A DNA stretch of 64,000 bases, from contig PLNR01000008.1 of NCBI GenBank assembly GCA_003141835.1, positions 132,472 through 196,471 of the forward strand. Direction: 5' to 3'. A program made the translations under genes and the position numbers. Position 1 is the first letter of the stretch. Each line of letters begins with the position of its first letter. The DNA comes from Candidatus Omnitrophota bacterium. GTDB taxonomy: Bacteria; Omnitrophota; Gorgyraeia; Pluralincolimonadales; Pluralincolimonadaceae. Shown piece after piece: positions 1 to 11,309 of the stretch. The notes under the pieces were generated by a model, which saw only the letters and a program-made list of their open reading frames with translations, had not been told where the DNA came from and did not search any database.

Positions 1-1033
1 TGATGGTCGCCGAAGGGCCGCCGAACGCGGACTTCGATTCGATGACGTCGGGATACAAGGTCCCCTGTGCCAGGAAGCCTATCTTGCCGAGCTTCTTCGC
101 CTCTTCCTCGAATACGCTGATGAACTCGTGGCCTATTATCTTGCGTTTCTTTTCCGGGTCGACGACCCCTTTCAGTTTCTTAATGAACCGCGTCTCGGCG
201 TTCACGTATTTCAGGTTGATATGGAAATGTTTCTTGAAAGTCTTTACTACGCGTTCGGCCTCGCCTTTCCTCAGGACGCCGTTATTAATGAATATGCAGA
301 TCAGCCTCTTGCCGACGGCTCTATTGATCAACACCGCAGCCACCGATGAATCCACTCCGCCGGAGAGGCCGCAGACAACCCTATCCTCCCCAACTTTGTT
401 TTTTATATTTTTGACCGTTTCGTCTATGAAGGACTGCATCGTCCAGTTGCCCTGGCACCTGCAGATATTGCGGAGGAAATTCGCGATTATCTTTGTGCCC
501 TTGGGGGTATGGGCGACCTCGGGATGGAACTGGACGCCGTAGAGACGCCTTGCCTTGTCAGCTATCCCGGCATATTCAGTATTATCAGTATGCGCAATCT
601 TCTTGAAACCGGCGGGGAGCCGGGAGACGAAGTCCCCATGGCTCATCCAGCTGATTATTTTATTGTCGAGCCCCTCAAAAAGGTCCCCGAAATCATCGAT
701 CAGGAGCTCGGCATGCCCGTATTCGCGTTTATTGGCCTTGGTGACCTTCCCGCCGAGCATATGGGCCATCGCCTGCATCCCGTAGCAGATGCCCAGGACA
801 GGGATCCCCATTTCGAATATCTCTTTTTTAGGTTTTGGCGCGCGTACGCCGTAGATAGAGGCGGGGCCTCCGGAAAGAATAAGCCCTTTCGGGTTTAGCT
901 TCCTGATCTCTTCGGCCGTGATGTCATGCGAGACGATCATGGAGAATACTTTATTCTCCCTGACACGGCGGGCTATCAACTGGTTGTATTGCGAGCCGAA
1001 GTCTAAAACAAGGATAACTTCATGCTGCGGCAT
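1..1033 (-). CDS. guaA: GMP synthase (glutamine-hydrolysing), 3' end truncated by window edge
   Basis: Not in ORF track. Manual translation from ATG at 1033 gives MPQHEVILVLDFGSQYNQLIARRVRE...; near position 1 it reads DPEKKRKIIGHEFISVFEEEAKKLGKIGFLAQGTLYPDVIES. Directly follows the guaB-like stop. Confidence 0.96.
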   Translation of the reverse strand, partial: MPQHEVILVLDFGSQYNQLIARRVRENKVFSMIVSHDITAEEIRKLNPKGLILSGGPASIYGVRAPKPKKEIFEMGIPVLGICYGMQAMAHMLGGKVTKANKREYGHAELLIDDFGDLFEGLDNKIISWMSHGDFVSRLPAGFKKIAHTDNTEYAGIADKARRLYGVQFHPEVAHTPKGTKIIANFLRNICRCQGNWTMQSFIDETVKNIKNKVGEDRVVCGLSGGVDSSVAAVLINRAVGKRLICIFINNGVLRKGEAERVVKTFKKHFHINLKYVNAETRFIKKLKGVVDPEKKRKIIGHEFISVFEEEAKKLGKIGFLAQGTLYPDVIESKSAFGGPSATI

Positions 1034-2194
1034 CTATTTGCCCATTCCGACCCTTTGGACCTGTTGGAATATCTTCCCTTCCGTCTTGATCGACGGGGCT
1101 ATTATGATCTCTGTCTTCTGGAATTCTTTTATGCTCGAGGCCCCGACCGAACCCATGGATGTCTGCAGCGCGCCCATCAGGTTTTGGGAACCGTCGTCGA
1201 ACCTCGCAGGCCCGAATAATATTTCTTCGAGCGTGCCTGTCGTCCCGACATGTATCCTCGTGCCGCGGGGTAGATTTGCGTGCGGTGTGGCCATTCCCCA
1301 ATGGTAGCCGCGCCCCGGCGCTTCTATCGCGCGGGCGAAAGCCGAACCGACCATGACCGCGTCAGAACCGCAGGCGAAGGCCTTGCAGATGTCGCCGCCT
1401 GTCCTCATCCCGCCGTCGGTTATTATGGGGATATATTTCTTGGTCTTCTTGAAGAAAGCGTCCCTTGCCGCGGCGCAGTCTACCGTCGCCGTGACCTGCG
1501 GGACGCCGATGCCTAAGACGCCTCTTGTCGTGCAGGCGGCTCCGGGACCGATGCCTACCAATATCCCTGCGGCGCCGGCAACCATCAGCTCGTATGCGAC
1601 CTCATACCCGACGCAATTACCGACGATGACCGGGATCTTTGAGGACTTGGCGAATCTCTTGATATCGAGCGCCTGGTATTCCTTGGATATATGTTTGACC
1701 GTGCTGACCGTCGATTGTATGACAAATATGTCGGCGCCGGATTCCTGGGCGATCTTGCCGAACCTTTCGGCGCGCTGCGGGATGGCGCTCACTGCCGCCG
1801 GGACGTCCGCGTCTTTTATCTGGCGGATGCGCTTCTCGATCAACTTTTCCTGGATCGGTTTAGTGTATATAGATTGGATTATCTCTGTGGCTTTTTCCGG
1901 GTCTGCCCTGACAAGCTGTTCCAGGACTTCGTCCGGGTCCTCGTACCTAGTCTGGACGCCCTCGAGGTTCAGGACCGCGATGCCCCCGAGTTTCCCCATG
2001 GCGATGGCGAACTTGACGTCTACCACGCCGTCCATGGCAGCAGCCAGGATCGGGACGTTGAATTTTTTCCCGTCAATTTTCCAAGTTGTGTCGACTTCGG
2101 CGGGGTTGATCGTGACTCTTCCGGGGGCTAACGCGATTTCATCGAACCCATAACAGCGGCGGGCCTTACGTTTGATGCCTATATATTCACTCAT
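1034..2194 (-). CDS. guaB: IMP dehydrogenase family protein, GuaB3-type (no CBS domains)
   Basis: YGFDEIAL, AAAMDGVV, catalytic loop GIGPGAACTTR, DGGMRTGGDICKA, WGMATP; 386 aa; adjacent to guaA. Confidence 0.9.
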   Translation of the reverse strand: MSEYIGIKRKARRCYGFDEIALAPGRVTINPAEVDTTWKIDGKKFNVPILAAAMDGVVDVKFAIAMGKLGGIAVLNLEGVQTRYEDPDEVLEQLVRADPEKATEIIQSIYTKPIQEKLIEKRIRQIKDADVPAAVSAIPQRAERFGKIAQESGADIFVIQSTVSTVKHISKEYQALDIKRFAKSSKIPVIVGNCVGYEVAYELMVAGAAGILVGIGPGAACTTRGVLGIGVPQVTATVDCAAARDAFFKKTKKYIPIITDGGMRTGGDICKAFACGSDAVMVGSAFARAIEAPGRGYHWGMATPHANLPRGTRIHVGTTGTLEEILFGPARFDDGSQNLMGALQTSMGSVGASSIKEFQKTEIIIAPSIKTEGKIFQQVQRVGMGK

Positions 2195-2224
2195 CTAGCA
2201 GGAACCTCCTTGAAATAGGGTTAT

Positions 2225-2253
2225 ATGATACAAAAATCCCCGCTAAAAGTCAA
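2225..2253 (-). promoter_or_regulatory. sigma70-type promoter for guaB-guaA
   Basis: Minus strand TTGACT-N17-TATCAT, about 30 nt upstream of the start, with AGGAGG RBS. Confidence 0.7.
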
Positions 2254-2279
2254 GGAAATCAGAAGGCGATTTAAGACCG

Positions 2280-2358
2280 GGCGGGTCCTGCCTGCCGAGC
2301 ACCTCGCCCCTTTTGCTTCGGGCAAAAGGGCCAAGGGCTCCGTCGGCAGTCACCCGCT
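2280..2358. repeat. Long imperfect GC-rich hairpin (REP-like or ncRNA module)
   Basis: GCGGGT..CTGCC..CCCTTTTGC-TTCGG-GCAAAAGGG..GGCAG.CACCCGC nested inverted repeat. Confidence 0.6.
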
Positions 2359-2372
2359 TGAACCAAAAGCAT

Positions 2373-2567
2373 CGGTCGCAAATTCATTGCTCGGAAAACG
2401 AGGGTCTTTTGCCCCTCATCGCATTGGAAAGACTCGAGCGGGCACGGATCCCGAGAGAAGCGAGGGAGAGCGAGAGTATTTCAAGCGGCGCGGGCCTCGC
2501 AGGGGCCCGCAAGCGCGCGATGAGGGGAAAAGAACCCGAGTTTTAGACCGCTGTGAATTTGCGGCCG
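2373..2567. repeat. 195-bp branched palindromic element (MITE/REP-like or structured ncRNA)
   Basis: CGGTCGCAAATTCA pairs with TGAATTTGCGGCCG; TCTTTTGCCCCTCATCGC pairs with GCGATGAGGGGAAAAGA; two internal hairpins. Confidence 0.65.
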
Positions 2568-2586
2568 GACTTTACGAATAAATATA

Positions 2587-2621
2587 AAACGCCCCCTGAT
2601 TATGCATCAGAGGGCGTTTTT
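2587..2621 (-). terminator. Intrinsic terminator (bidirectional form) after groES
   Basis: AAAACGCCCCCTGAT-TATGC-ATCAGAGGGCGTTTT with T-tracts on both strands, 15 nt after the groES stop. Confidence 0.8.
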
Positions 2622-2635
2622 GTATCCTGCTTGAG

Positions 2636-2923
2636 TTACTTGACTATCGCGAGGATGTCGTCAGCGTCGATTATCAGGTATTCCTTATCATCGACCTTGA
2701 CTTCGCTGCCGGAATATTTCCCGAAGATGATTATATCCCCGGCCTTTACGTCCGGCGCGACTACCTTTCCGTTCTCGAGAGTCTTGCCCGAGCCGACTGC
2801 GATGACTTTCGCTTCCTGCGGCTTTTCTTTCGCAGTGTCAGGAATGATTATCCCGCCTCTGGTCTTATCTTCGGCCTTTAGCACCTCGACGATAACTTTA
2901 CCGCCTAACGGTTTCAAGTTCAT
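2636..2923 (-). CDS. groES: Co-chaperonin GroES (second copy)
   Basis: [43 protein letters not shown]; 95 aa. Confidence 0.97.
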   Translation of the reverse strand: MNLKPLGGKVIVEVLKAEDKTRGGIIIPDTAKEKPQEAKVIAVGSGKTLENGKVVAPDVKAGDIIIFGKYSGSEVKVDDKEYLIIDADDILAIVK

Positions 2924-2940
2924 GTATCCTCCTTATAGGT

Positions 2941-4578
<1,638 letters not shown>

Positions 4579-4595
4579 CTACCGCCTCCCTTTTA

Positions 4596-4883
4596 TTATT
4601 TGACTATCGCTAAGACTTCCGATTCCCTTAATATTAAAAGATCTTCCCCTTTATAGTTGATCTCGGTGCCGCCGTAACGGCCGTAAAGGACCGTATCCCC
4701 GGCCTTCACTTCCAGTTCCTTAATCTTTCCGTCATCCAGGAGCTTGCCTTTACCAACGGATACTACCTTTCCCTTGGACGGCTTCTCCTGCGCCGTGTCC
4801 GGCAGGATTATCCCGCCCTTTGTCTTCTGTTCCTGATCCAGGGGCTTGACCAAAATCCTGTCACCTAACGGTTGAACCGCCAT
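4596..4883 (-). CDS. groES: Co-chaperonin GroES (first copy)
   Basis: MAVQPLGDRILV..KTKGGIILPDTAQEKP..GRYGGTEI; 95 aa. Confidence 0.97.
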   Translation of the reverse strand: MAVQPLGDRILVKPLDQEQKTKGGIILPDTAQEKPSKGKVVSVGKGKLLDDGKIKELEVKAGDTVLYGRYGGTEINYKGEDLLILRESEVLAIVK

Positions 4884-4951
4884 TTGTACACCTCCTTAAT
4901 GATTGTTTTTGGCTTAAATTTAGCTAGATTTACCTAGGAATTAAGCGGAAA

Positions 4952-4978
4952 TTAGCACTCCAATTTACCGAGTGCCAA
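4952..4978. promoter_or_regulatory. CIRCE element (HrcA operator)
   Basis: TTAGCACTC-N9-GAGTGCCAA, one mismatch to consensus, between the promoter and groES. Confidence 0.93.
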
Positions 4979-4989
4979 ATTTGACCTAT

Positions 4990-5017
4990 ATTATAGGTTT
5001 TCTGCGGAATTTGTCAA
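4990..5017 (-). promoter_or_regulatory. sigma70 promoter of the groES-groEL-groES operon
   Basis: Minus strand perfect TTGACA-N16-TATAAT just upstream of CIRCE. Confidence 0.85.
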
Positions 5018-5031
5018 GAAAAAAAACCATT

Positions 5032-5161
5032 CCTGAAATTTAAATCTCGCTTGGCCTCATTTATTACTCGCTTAAACTGATAGCAGCTGCGTCCCGCTCT
5101 TTCGTTAGAAAGAGCGGGGCTGCGTCATAAACCGGCTCTGCGCGAGACGTTAAATTTCAGG
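5032..5161. mobile_element. 130-bp MITE-like element with ~19-bp terminal inverted repeats and an internal hairpin
   Basis: Left CCTGAAATTTAAATCTCGC versus revcomp of right end CCTGAAATTTAACGTCTCGC; internal CCCGCTCTTTC-GTTA-GAAAGAGCGGG; overlaps coaX 3' end. Confidence 0.55.
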
Positions 5162-5877
5162 TTATATATTATATTTAGCCCAAGCAATGTAAGATTGGGA
5201 TTTATTTTGTCGATCGCCGTAGAGTATTTTGCCATCAACGCGGCGTGGCCGCCGGTGGCGATGACTTTCATCGGGCCATAATTGGCTTTTAGCTTCGCGA
5301 TGACACCATCGCAGAGAGCTCCGATGCCGTAGAATACGCCGCTTCTCATGCTATCGACAGTGTCTCGCCCTATCAGTCCGCTGGGGGGCTCAACTTCTAT
5401 CTTAGGAAGGAGCGCGGCTTTTTGCGAGAGTGCGTTCAGCGAGGTCTCGATGCCCGGGAATATCAAACCGCCGAGGTACTCCCCTTTTTTTGAGATGACA
5501 TCAAAAGTTATGGCTGTCCCGAAATCTATTACAATTACAGGATAGCCATAGAGTACTTTTACAGCCACCGCGTCAACGAGCCGGTCCTGGCCCACCTGTT
5601 TAGGTTTGCGATAAAGGTTTTTTATAGGGGCCTCGATATTCTCCCCCAGGACAAGCGGGCGGATCTTATATTTTTTTGCGATTGCCTTCTTGAAGATAGG
5701 CGTTGCCTTGGGCACGACGCTCGATATTATTGCCGTCTCGATATCCTGCGGAAATTTTATCGTTTTCCCGGAAAGTACGTCCTGCGTCGAGATCTTCCAG
5801 TATGACCTGAGCCTCTTCCCTTGGAATATTCCGAACGCGACCGATGTGTTTCCTATGTCGATAGCTAATAACATCAT
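5125..5877 (-). CDS. coaX: Type III pantothenate kinase
   Basis: LLAIDIGNT, VGQDRL, IDFGTAITFD, GGLIFPG, ATGG motifs; follows birA. Confidence 0.95.
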   Translation of the reverse strand: MMLLAIDIGNTSVAFGIFQGKRLRSYWKISTQDVLSGKTIKFPQDIETAIISSVVPKATPIFKKAIAKKYKIRPLVLGENIEAPIKNLYRKPKQVGQDRLVDAVAVKVLYGYPVIVIDFGTAITFDVISKKGEYLGGLIFPGIETSLNALSQKAALLPKIEVEPPSGLIGRDTVDSMRSGVFYGIGALCDGVIAKLKANYGPMKVIATGGHAALMAKYSTAIDKINPNLTLLGLNIIYNLKFNVSRRAGL

Positions 5878-6833
5878 CTCACCATCAGCACGTCACCGGC
5901 TGTGATATGCTTCGTGAACCCGTTGTCCATGCGCACGACGAGCGCTCCGCTCGCGTCGAGGTCTATGGCCGTGCCTTCTATCTTCCTGTCCTGGCATACT
6001 ATCTTCACCTCTTCACCGAGGGTGTGCGAGAGGTCTTTCCATTCTTCTATGATCATTTTAAAACCTTTTCCCCTGAATATAATATATTGCCTCTCGAATT
6101 CCCTCAAAAGTTCCTGCGTAAGTTCTACGCGCGAAAAACTCCTGCCTGCTTCCGCCTTTAACGAAGTGGCTTCCTTGGGAAGGTGCTCCCTGTCGGTGTT
6201 AACGTTTATGCCGATGCCGAGGACGATATAATTTACCGTGTTGACCTCCGCGCTCATCTCAGTTAGTATCCCGCAGGCCTTGCGGTCGTTTATCATTATG
6301 TCGTTCGGCCATTTGATGAGCGCCCCGAGATCGGTCACTTTCCTTATAGCGAGCGCAACGGCGACAGCCGACATGAGGGTTATCTTCGGCGCTTCTGCCG
6401 GAGCTACATCAGGCCTCAGGATGGGCGAAAAATATATGCCTTTCCCTTTCGGCGAGACCCAGTGCCGCCCCATCCTGCCTCGCCCTTTCGTCTGGCTTTC
6501 GCTGAAGACCACAGTCCCGTCAGGCGACCCGGAGCGGGCGAGCTTATGCGCCACGTCCATCGTCGAATCGGTCGTCTCGTAGGAGTATATCTTTTTGCCT
6601 ACGATCTTCGTCCCGAGTCCGTGCGATATCTCCTCGGGTATGAGTTTATCAGGCGTTCCCGTAAGGCGGTAACCGACATGCGGTTCGCCGGTGATCTCGT
6701 AACCTTCTTTACGCAGCTGCTCGATATGTTTCCAGACAGCAGCGCGCGTGATCCCCAGTTTTTCGCTTATCTCCTCGCCGGAGATGAACTCGCCGTTCGA
6801 TGAACGGAAGATATTAAGGATTTTATCGTCCAT
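5874..6833 (-). CDS. birA: Bifunctional biotin ligase/repressor
   Basis: N-terminal HTH (SGEEISEKLGITRAAVWKHI), QTKGRGRMGR, KWPNDI; start ATG 6833 or GTG 6839. Confidence 0.96.
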   Translation of the reverse strand: MDDKILNIFRSSNGEFISGEEISEKLGITRAAVWKHIEQLRKEGYEITGEPHVGYRLTGTPDKLIPEEISHGLGTKIVGKKIYSYETTDSTMDVAHKLARSGSPDGTVVFSESQTKGRGRMGRHWVSPKGKGIYFSPILRPDVAPAEAPKITLMSAVAVALAIRKVTDLGALIKWPNDIMINDRKACGILTEMSAEVNTVNYIVLGIGINVNTDREHLPKEATSLKAEAGRSFSRVELTQELLREFERQYIIFRGKGFKMIIEEWKDLSHTLGEEVKIVCQDRKIEGTAIDLDASGALVVRMDNGFTKHITAGDVLMVR

Positions 6834-6843
6834 ATCCACCTGT

Positions 6844-9342
6844 TTAATTGGAATACTCTATGCGGTCGATCATAAACGATCCCTCGCCCTTCTCCTGCCC
6901 CGGCGCGACGAAAAGCAGCAGTTTTTTTACCGCGTCGCGCCCCGGGACTATCTGGCCGGCCTTATGTGTGTCGAACTTCATGACCGTCCATTTGTCTGTG
7001 TCCGAGGCCTCCTGCCGCTCCATGTCATATTGGAAATCGTCAGCGCACCATAATTTCCCGAGAAGGTCTACCTTTCCCTTCACTGTCACCAGCAGGTAAC
7101 GGTGAAGGGCCGTCATATCCGGGTCGAGCCGGAAACCGAGATAATCCCAGCCTTTGGCCTTGACGTAATTTATCCGGAGGCACTCTCCCTTTTCCGGGTC
7201 TTTAACGACGATTATATCCCATTTGGAGTCAGATGTCTCTATCGCTCCCGGAAGTTGTTTCCCGCATTTGAATACGGTGCGGTCCAAAGAGTTTTTGTTT
7301 GGCACGACCCTTTTCGGCGGCGAAAAAGGCGCGATGTGGCCGTATTCGTCAATAGCCGCGATCGAGACGTAGACAGGCCCTGTTGCGCTAATTAAGATCG
7401 TGCGCCTTTCTTCATTAGGATATTGTTTTGCGGGAAGCAGTTCCCGGGCATCAGCGTTGATAAGATCGGAGTTGTCCGCGGTCTCCAACAAATAACGCGA
7501 GAGATCGTCGCCGTCCTTATCGCGGGGAACGCGCCATTTCAGGTTGATCGACCCGCCGACCCTGCCGGTCGCCGCCTGCAGGTCGCGGATCTTTTCAGGA
7601 GGAAGCGAGTCCATCCGCGGCTCGAATGATATGTTATCTAGAGCGGCGTTCTTGCCGGCCGTCTCGCATTTGACCGCGATAGAACACACTGACGACGCCT
7701 TCTCCTTCGAAGGTATCATGAAATAATAGTGTTCCCATCCAAGGCCCTCGATCTTACCGGACTGCTTAAGCGGTATCTTGCGGTCATCCAGCGTGACATG
7801 ACATTCAAGGACATTGAGCCCGCGGGCCCACATAGATATGTACCGGTTGTTATCGAATTTCATGAGGTCATTATTAGTCAGCAGCCCTTCTATGACCACC
7901 GGCCCTCCCCCTGATGCAACCTCAAAGCATTTCCGGCCGTGCTGGGGGCTGTTTTCGCTTATCCGGCCCTCTCCTCCCGTTACGTTCCAGATGGCATACG
8001 GCGGGGCCTCAGGGGGGAGCTCGAAATCGTCGATCACTCCGGAGATCTTCGCGCGTTTGATGAAATTTTTCATGACCTTGCTCTGCGAGAAGAGGTCCCA
8101 TATCATGCCGCTCCTGTAATTCTCTATCATCATTATCATCGGCCCCGTCTCGATGCCGACATAGAGAGGGCTTACAAAATCATTCTTTAGGTTGACTGAA
8201 CTCGTTAACCCGTATTTCCCGTATACCCTGTCGCCGAACTTTTCTTTGATATATTTCATAGATCCCAGGGAGATCCCCGGGACGAACGGCAGCGCGCTGA
8301 CGATCGCGGTCATCCCTACCGTGCCGTCATTCTGGACCTGCCCCGGAGGCCCGCCGTGGGAATAGCTGTCCTTGCCGAAGCAGTCAGTCAAGCCCCAGAG
8401 CTCCGGAGGATACCCGTTCTCTTTTATGTTAAAGGCCCTGTCCGCGAGGATCTTGTTCACAGCTTCCAGGAAGTAGTCGATCTTCCGGTCGCGTTTACGG
8501 TTAAAATCGATGAACGAATGCGGTACCTCGCGCGAGTAGAGCGCGGCGGAACTAACCGCTTCGCAGCCCTCATATACATCCAGCGTATAACTGTCTACGT
8601 ATTTCTCCCATGTCTCCTGCGGGATGCGATGGGTGTCGGAACCTAACGCCAGGACATAGATAAGCAGGGAATTATCCACGAACCCGGTCATGTCATAGGG
8701 CAGCAACCCGTCAACTTCGTAGTAGCTCTTGGATACGTGCAAAGGGACCCACCCGAACGAAAGCAGGCCCGGCTTTTTGTTCTTGCCCATATCTACGAAC
8801 TTATCCCATTCGACCTCGTCGTATATCTTCTGCGCAAGGTCCCCCGCGGGGGTGCCCTTAAAATATTCCGCGATCAAGACTACGCCCCCGATGAAGTCGG
8901 CGCTGTCGCACATCGCTACGCAATCGATCGGTTCAAATTGAGATGTCTTGCCGTTGACGTAATGCCAAAAAAGCCCGTACTTCCCTTCGACATATGCATG
9001 TTTCGGGTCTTTAGGATCTTTGCAGAACGAATTAAGTATAAGCAGGGTGCGCTGGTACCCCTCGTCGCGGGTGATCCATCCCCTCTTGATCCCGATCGGG
9101 ATCGCGGCGAGCTCGAATCCCGTTGCTGCCACCTTCCCTATCCGGTTCTGCGTGTGGTCGATGGCGATCCCGGTCTCGGGGAATATCTCGGTCCAAAAAT
9201 AGTTGAATATCCTGTGCTCGAGGTCATCGAGGGATTTCTCCTGCTCTGCCGTGGGCGTGTAAAGGGGGATGCAGGTACCGGCGAAAACAGGGCCTTGGAT
9301 ACATAAGCATAGTATCAGGGAAAGAAAAGTTTTATTGGCCAT
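6844..9342 (-). CDS. Secreted glucoamylase-family (DUF3131/GH144-like) glycosidase with C-terminal CBM-like and FN3-like modules
   Basis: Signal peptide; [58 protein letters not shown] match the family pattern; ~400 aa beta-rich extension. Confidence 0.75.
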   Translation of the reverse strand: MANKTFLSLILCLCIQGPVFAGTCIPLYTPTAEQEKSLDDLEHRIFNYFWTEIFPETGIAIDHTQNRIGKVAATGFELAAIPIGIKRGWITRDEGYQRTLLILNSFCKDPKDPKHAYVEGKYGLFWHYVNGKTSQFEPIDCVAMCDSADFIGGVVLIAEYFKGTPAGDLAQKIYDEVEWDKFVDMGKNKKPGLLSFGWVPLHVSKSYYEVDGLLPYDMTGFVDNSLLIYVLALGSDTHRIPQETWEKYVDSYTLDVYEGCEAVSSAALYSREVPHSFIDFNRKRDRKIDYFLEAVNKILADRAFNIKENGYPPELWGLTDCFGKDSYSHGGPPGQVQNDGTVGMTAIVSALPFVPGISLGSMKYIKEKFGDRVYGKYGLTSSVNLKNDFVSPLYVGIETGPMIMMIENYRSGMIWDLFSQSKVMKNFIKRAKISGVIDDFELPPEAPPYAIWNVTGGEGRISENSPQHGRKCFEVASGGGPVVIEGLLTNNDLMKFDNNRYISMWARGLNVLECHVTLDDRKIPLKQSGKIEGLGWEHYYFMIPSKEKASSVCSIAVKCETAGKNAALDNISFEPRMDSLPPEKIRDLQAATGRVGGSINLKWRVPRDKDGDDLSRYLLETADNSDLINADARELLPAKQYPNEERRTILISATGPVYVSIAAIDEYGHIAPFSPPKRVVPNKNSLDRTVFKCGKQLPGAIETSDSKWDIIVVKDPEKGECLRINYVKAKGWDYLGFRLDPDMTALHRYLLVTVKGKVDLLGKLWCADDFQYDMERQEASDTDKWTVMKFDTHKAGQIVPGRDAVKKLLLFVAPGQEKGEGSFMIDRIEYSN

Positions 9343-11308
9343 TTAGTCTCTTTTTAAGGTCGGTGATCTTGTCGCGGATGACCGCGGCTTTTTCGAACTG
9401 GAGGTTGCGCGCGGCGAGGTCCATCTCGTATTCGAGTTCTTCTATGATCTTTTCTGTCTCATAGCCGCCGGCCTTGATGCCTAAAGCCTCCATCTCCACT
9501 TCTTCGGCATCCTGGAGCATCTCGATGCCCTCGCGGATGGCCTTCTGTATCGATCTCGGAGTGATATTATTCTTCTTATTATACTCCAATTGCAGGGCGC
9601 GTCTACGGTTTGTTTCGTCTATCGCGCGCTTGAGCGAGCCGGTGATGTTATCGGCATACATTATGACCCGGCCGTTTATATGGCGCGCGGCGCGCCCCGA
9701 AAGCTGGATAAGCGACGTCTCGGAACGCAAAAACCCCTCTTTATCCGCGTCGAGTATGGCGACGAGCGTGACCTCCGGGAGGTCCAGCCCTTCCCTTAAA
9801 AGGTTGACGCCGACAAGGCAGTCGAACTTGCCCTGGCGCAGTTCCTTGAGTATCTTTACCCGCTCTATCGCGTCGATATCCGAATGGATATATTTCACGC
9901 GTAGGTCGAGCTCCTCAAGGTATGCCGATAGGTCCTCTGCCATGCGCTTGGTAAGCGTCGTGACGAGGACGCGCTCATTCTTCTTCGCGCGTTCGCGGAC
10001 CTGCAGGATTATGTCGTCGACCTGGCCTTCGGTCGGTTTTATTATTATCTCAGGGTCGACAAGCCCTGTCGGCCGTATCAACTGCTCGACGACTTTTGCC
10101 CCGGATTTAAGTATCTCATATTCGGACGGTGTTGCTGAGGCGAATATCGCCTCTTTCATGAGCGACTCAAACTCGTCGAAACGCAGCGGCCTGTTGTCGA
10201 GGCACGACGGCAGGCGGAAACCGAATTCGACGAGAGTTTTTTTGCGCGAACGGTCGCCCTCATACATCCCCCTTATCTGCGGGATCGTGACGTGCGACTC
10301 GTCTATTATCAGCAAAAAATCTTTCCGGAAATAATCTATGAGGCAATACGGCCGCACGCCGGCAGGCCTGCCGCCCAAGTGGCGCGAATAGTTCTCCACG
10401 CCGTGGCAGTACCCGATCTCCTGCAGCATCTCCATATCGTATTTCGTGCGGCTCTCGAGGCGCTGGGCCTCAAGGAGCTTCCCTTTGGCGCGGAAATACT
10501 CCAGCTGAACGGCAAGCTCCTCTTTTATCAGTTTAATCGCTTCTTCTATCTTCGGCGGCGAGGTAAGGAAATGTTTTGCCGGATAGACGGCCGCGCGGTC
10601 GAGTTGGGATATGACTTTCTGCGAGACCGGGTCGAACTCGGTTATCTTCTCTATCTGGTCGCCGAACATCGATACCCTTATCGCCTTCTCGGAATACGCC
10701 GGGAATATCTCGACCGTGTCGCCGCGGACCCTGACCTTGCCGCGGACGAACTCGATGTCGTTGCGCTCGTATTGTATGCTGAGCAAGCGCCGCAGGACCT
10801 CGTCGCGGTCTACCTTCTGCCCCTTATCCAGCACGACCATCATGTTCGAATAATCCTCGGGCGAGCCGAGATTGTATATGCAGGATACGCTTGCGACTAT
10901 GATCACGTCGTCCCGAGACATGAGCGACGACGTTGCGGCAAGGCGCAGGCGGTCGAGCCGGTCGTTTACCGCGGAATCCTTTTCTATATACGTGTCTGTC
11001 TGGGGGATATACGCTTCGGGCTGGTAATAATCGTAATAACTTACGAAGTATTCAACGGCGTTCTCCGGGAAGAACTCCTTGAATTCGCTGTAAAGCTGGG
11101 CCGCGAGGGTCTTATTGTGGGAGATGACCAGGACCGGCTTCCCCGTCTTTTCGATGACATTGGCCATCGTGAAGGTTTTGCCTGAGCCGGTGACGCCCAG
11201 GAGCGTCTGGTAGCGCTTGCCGCCCAGGAACCCTTCGGAAAGCTCCTTTATCGCCTGCGGCTGGTCGCCTTCAGGCTTAAAAGATGAAACGAGCTTGAAC
11301 TTCGCCAT
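9332..11308 (-). CDS. uvrB: Excinuclease ABC subunit B
   Basis: [39 protein letters not shown]-terminal UVR domain. Confidence 0.99.
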   Translation of the reverse strand: MAKFKLVSSFKPEGDQPQAIKELSEGFLGGKRYQTLLGVTGSGKTFTMANVIEKTGKPVLVISHNKTLAAQLYSEFKEFFPENAVEYFVSYYDYYQPEAYIPQTDTYIEKDSAVNDRLDRLRLAATSSLMSRDDVIIVASVSCIYNLGSPEDYSNMMVVLDKGQKVDRDEVLRRLLSIQYERNDIEFVRGKVRVRGDTVEIFPAYSEKAIRVSMFGDQIEKITEFDPVSQKVISQLDRAAVYPAKHFLTSPPKIEEAIKLIKEELAVQLEYFRAKGKLLEAQRLESRTKYDMEMLQEIGYCHGVENYSRHLGGRPAGVRPYCLIDYFRKDFLLIIDESHVTIPQIRGMYEGDRSRKKTLVEFGFRLPSCLDNRPLRFDEFESLMKEAIFASATPSEYEILKSGAKVVEQLIRPTGLVDPEIIIKPTEGQVDDIILQVRERAKKNERVLVTTLTKRMAEDLSAYLEELDLRVKYIHSDIDAIERVKILKELRQGKFDCLVGVNLLREGLDLPEVTLVAILDADKEGFLRSETSLIQLSGRAARHINGRVIMYADNITGSLKRAIDETNRRRALQLEYNKKNNITPRSIQKAIREGIEMLQDAEEVEMEALGIKAGGYETEKIIEELEYEMDLAARNLQFEKAAVIRDKITDLKKRLNGQ

Positions 11309-11309
11309 A

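Noticed and set aside
2280-2567. Purine riboswitch, 6S RNA or CRISPR interpretation
   Set aside because: Lies upstream of the guaB promoter; branched rather than a 6S rod with a central bubble; no repeated direct repeat-spacer units
2225-2581. 118-aa + strand ORF across the palindromic region
   Set aside because: Arg/Gly-rich with no recognisable domain; its ATG lies in the guaB -10 box; better explained by GC-rich inverted repeats
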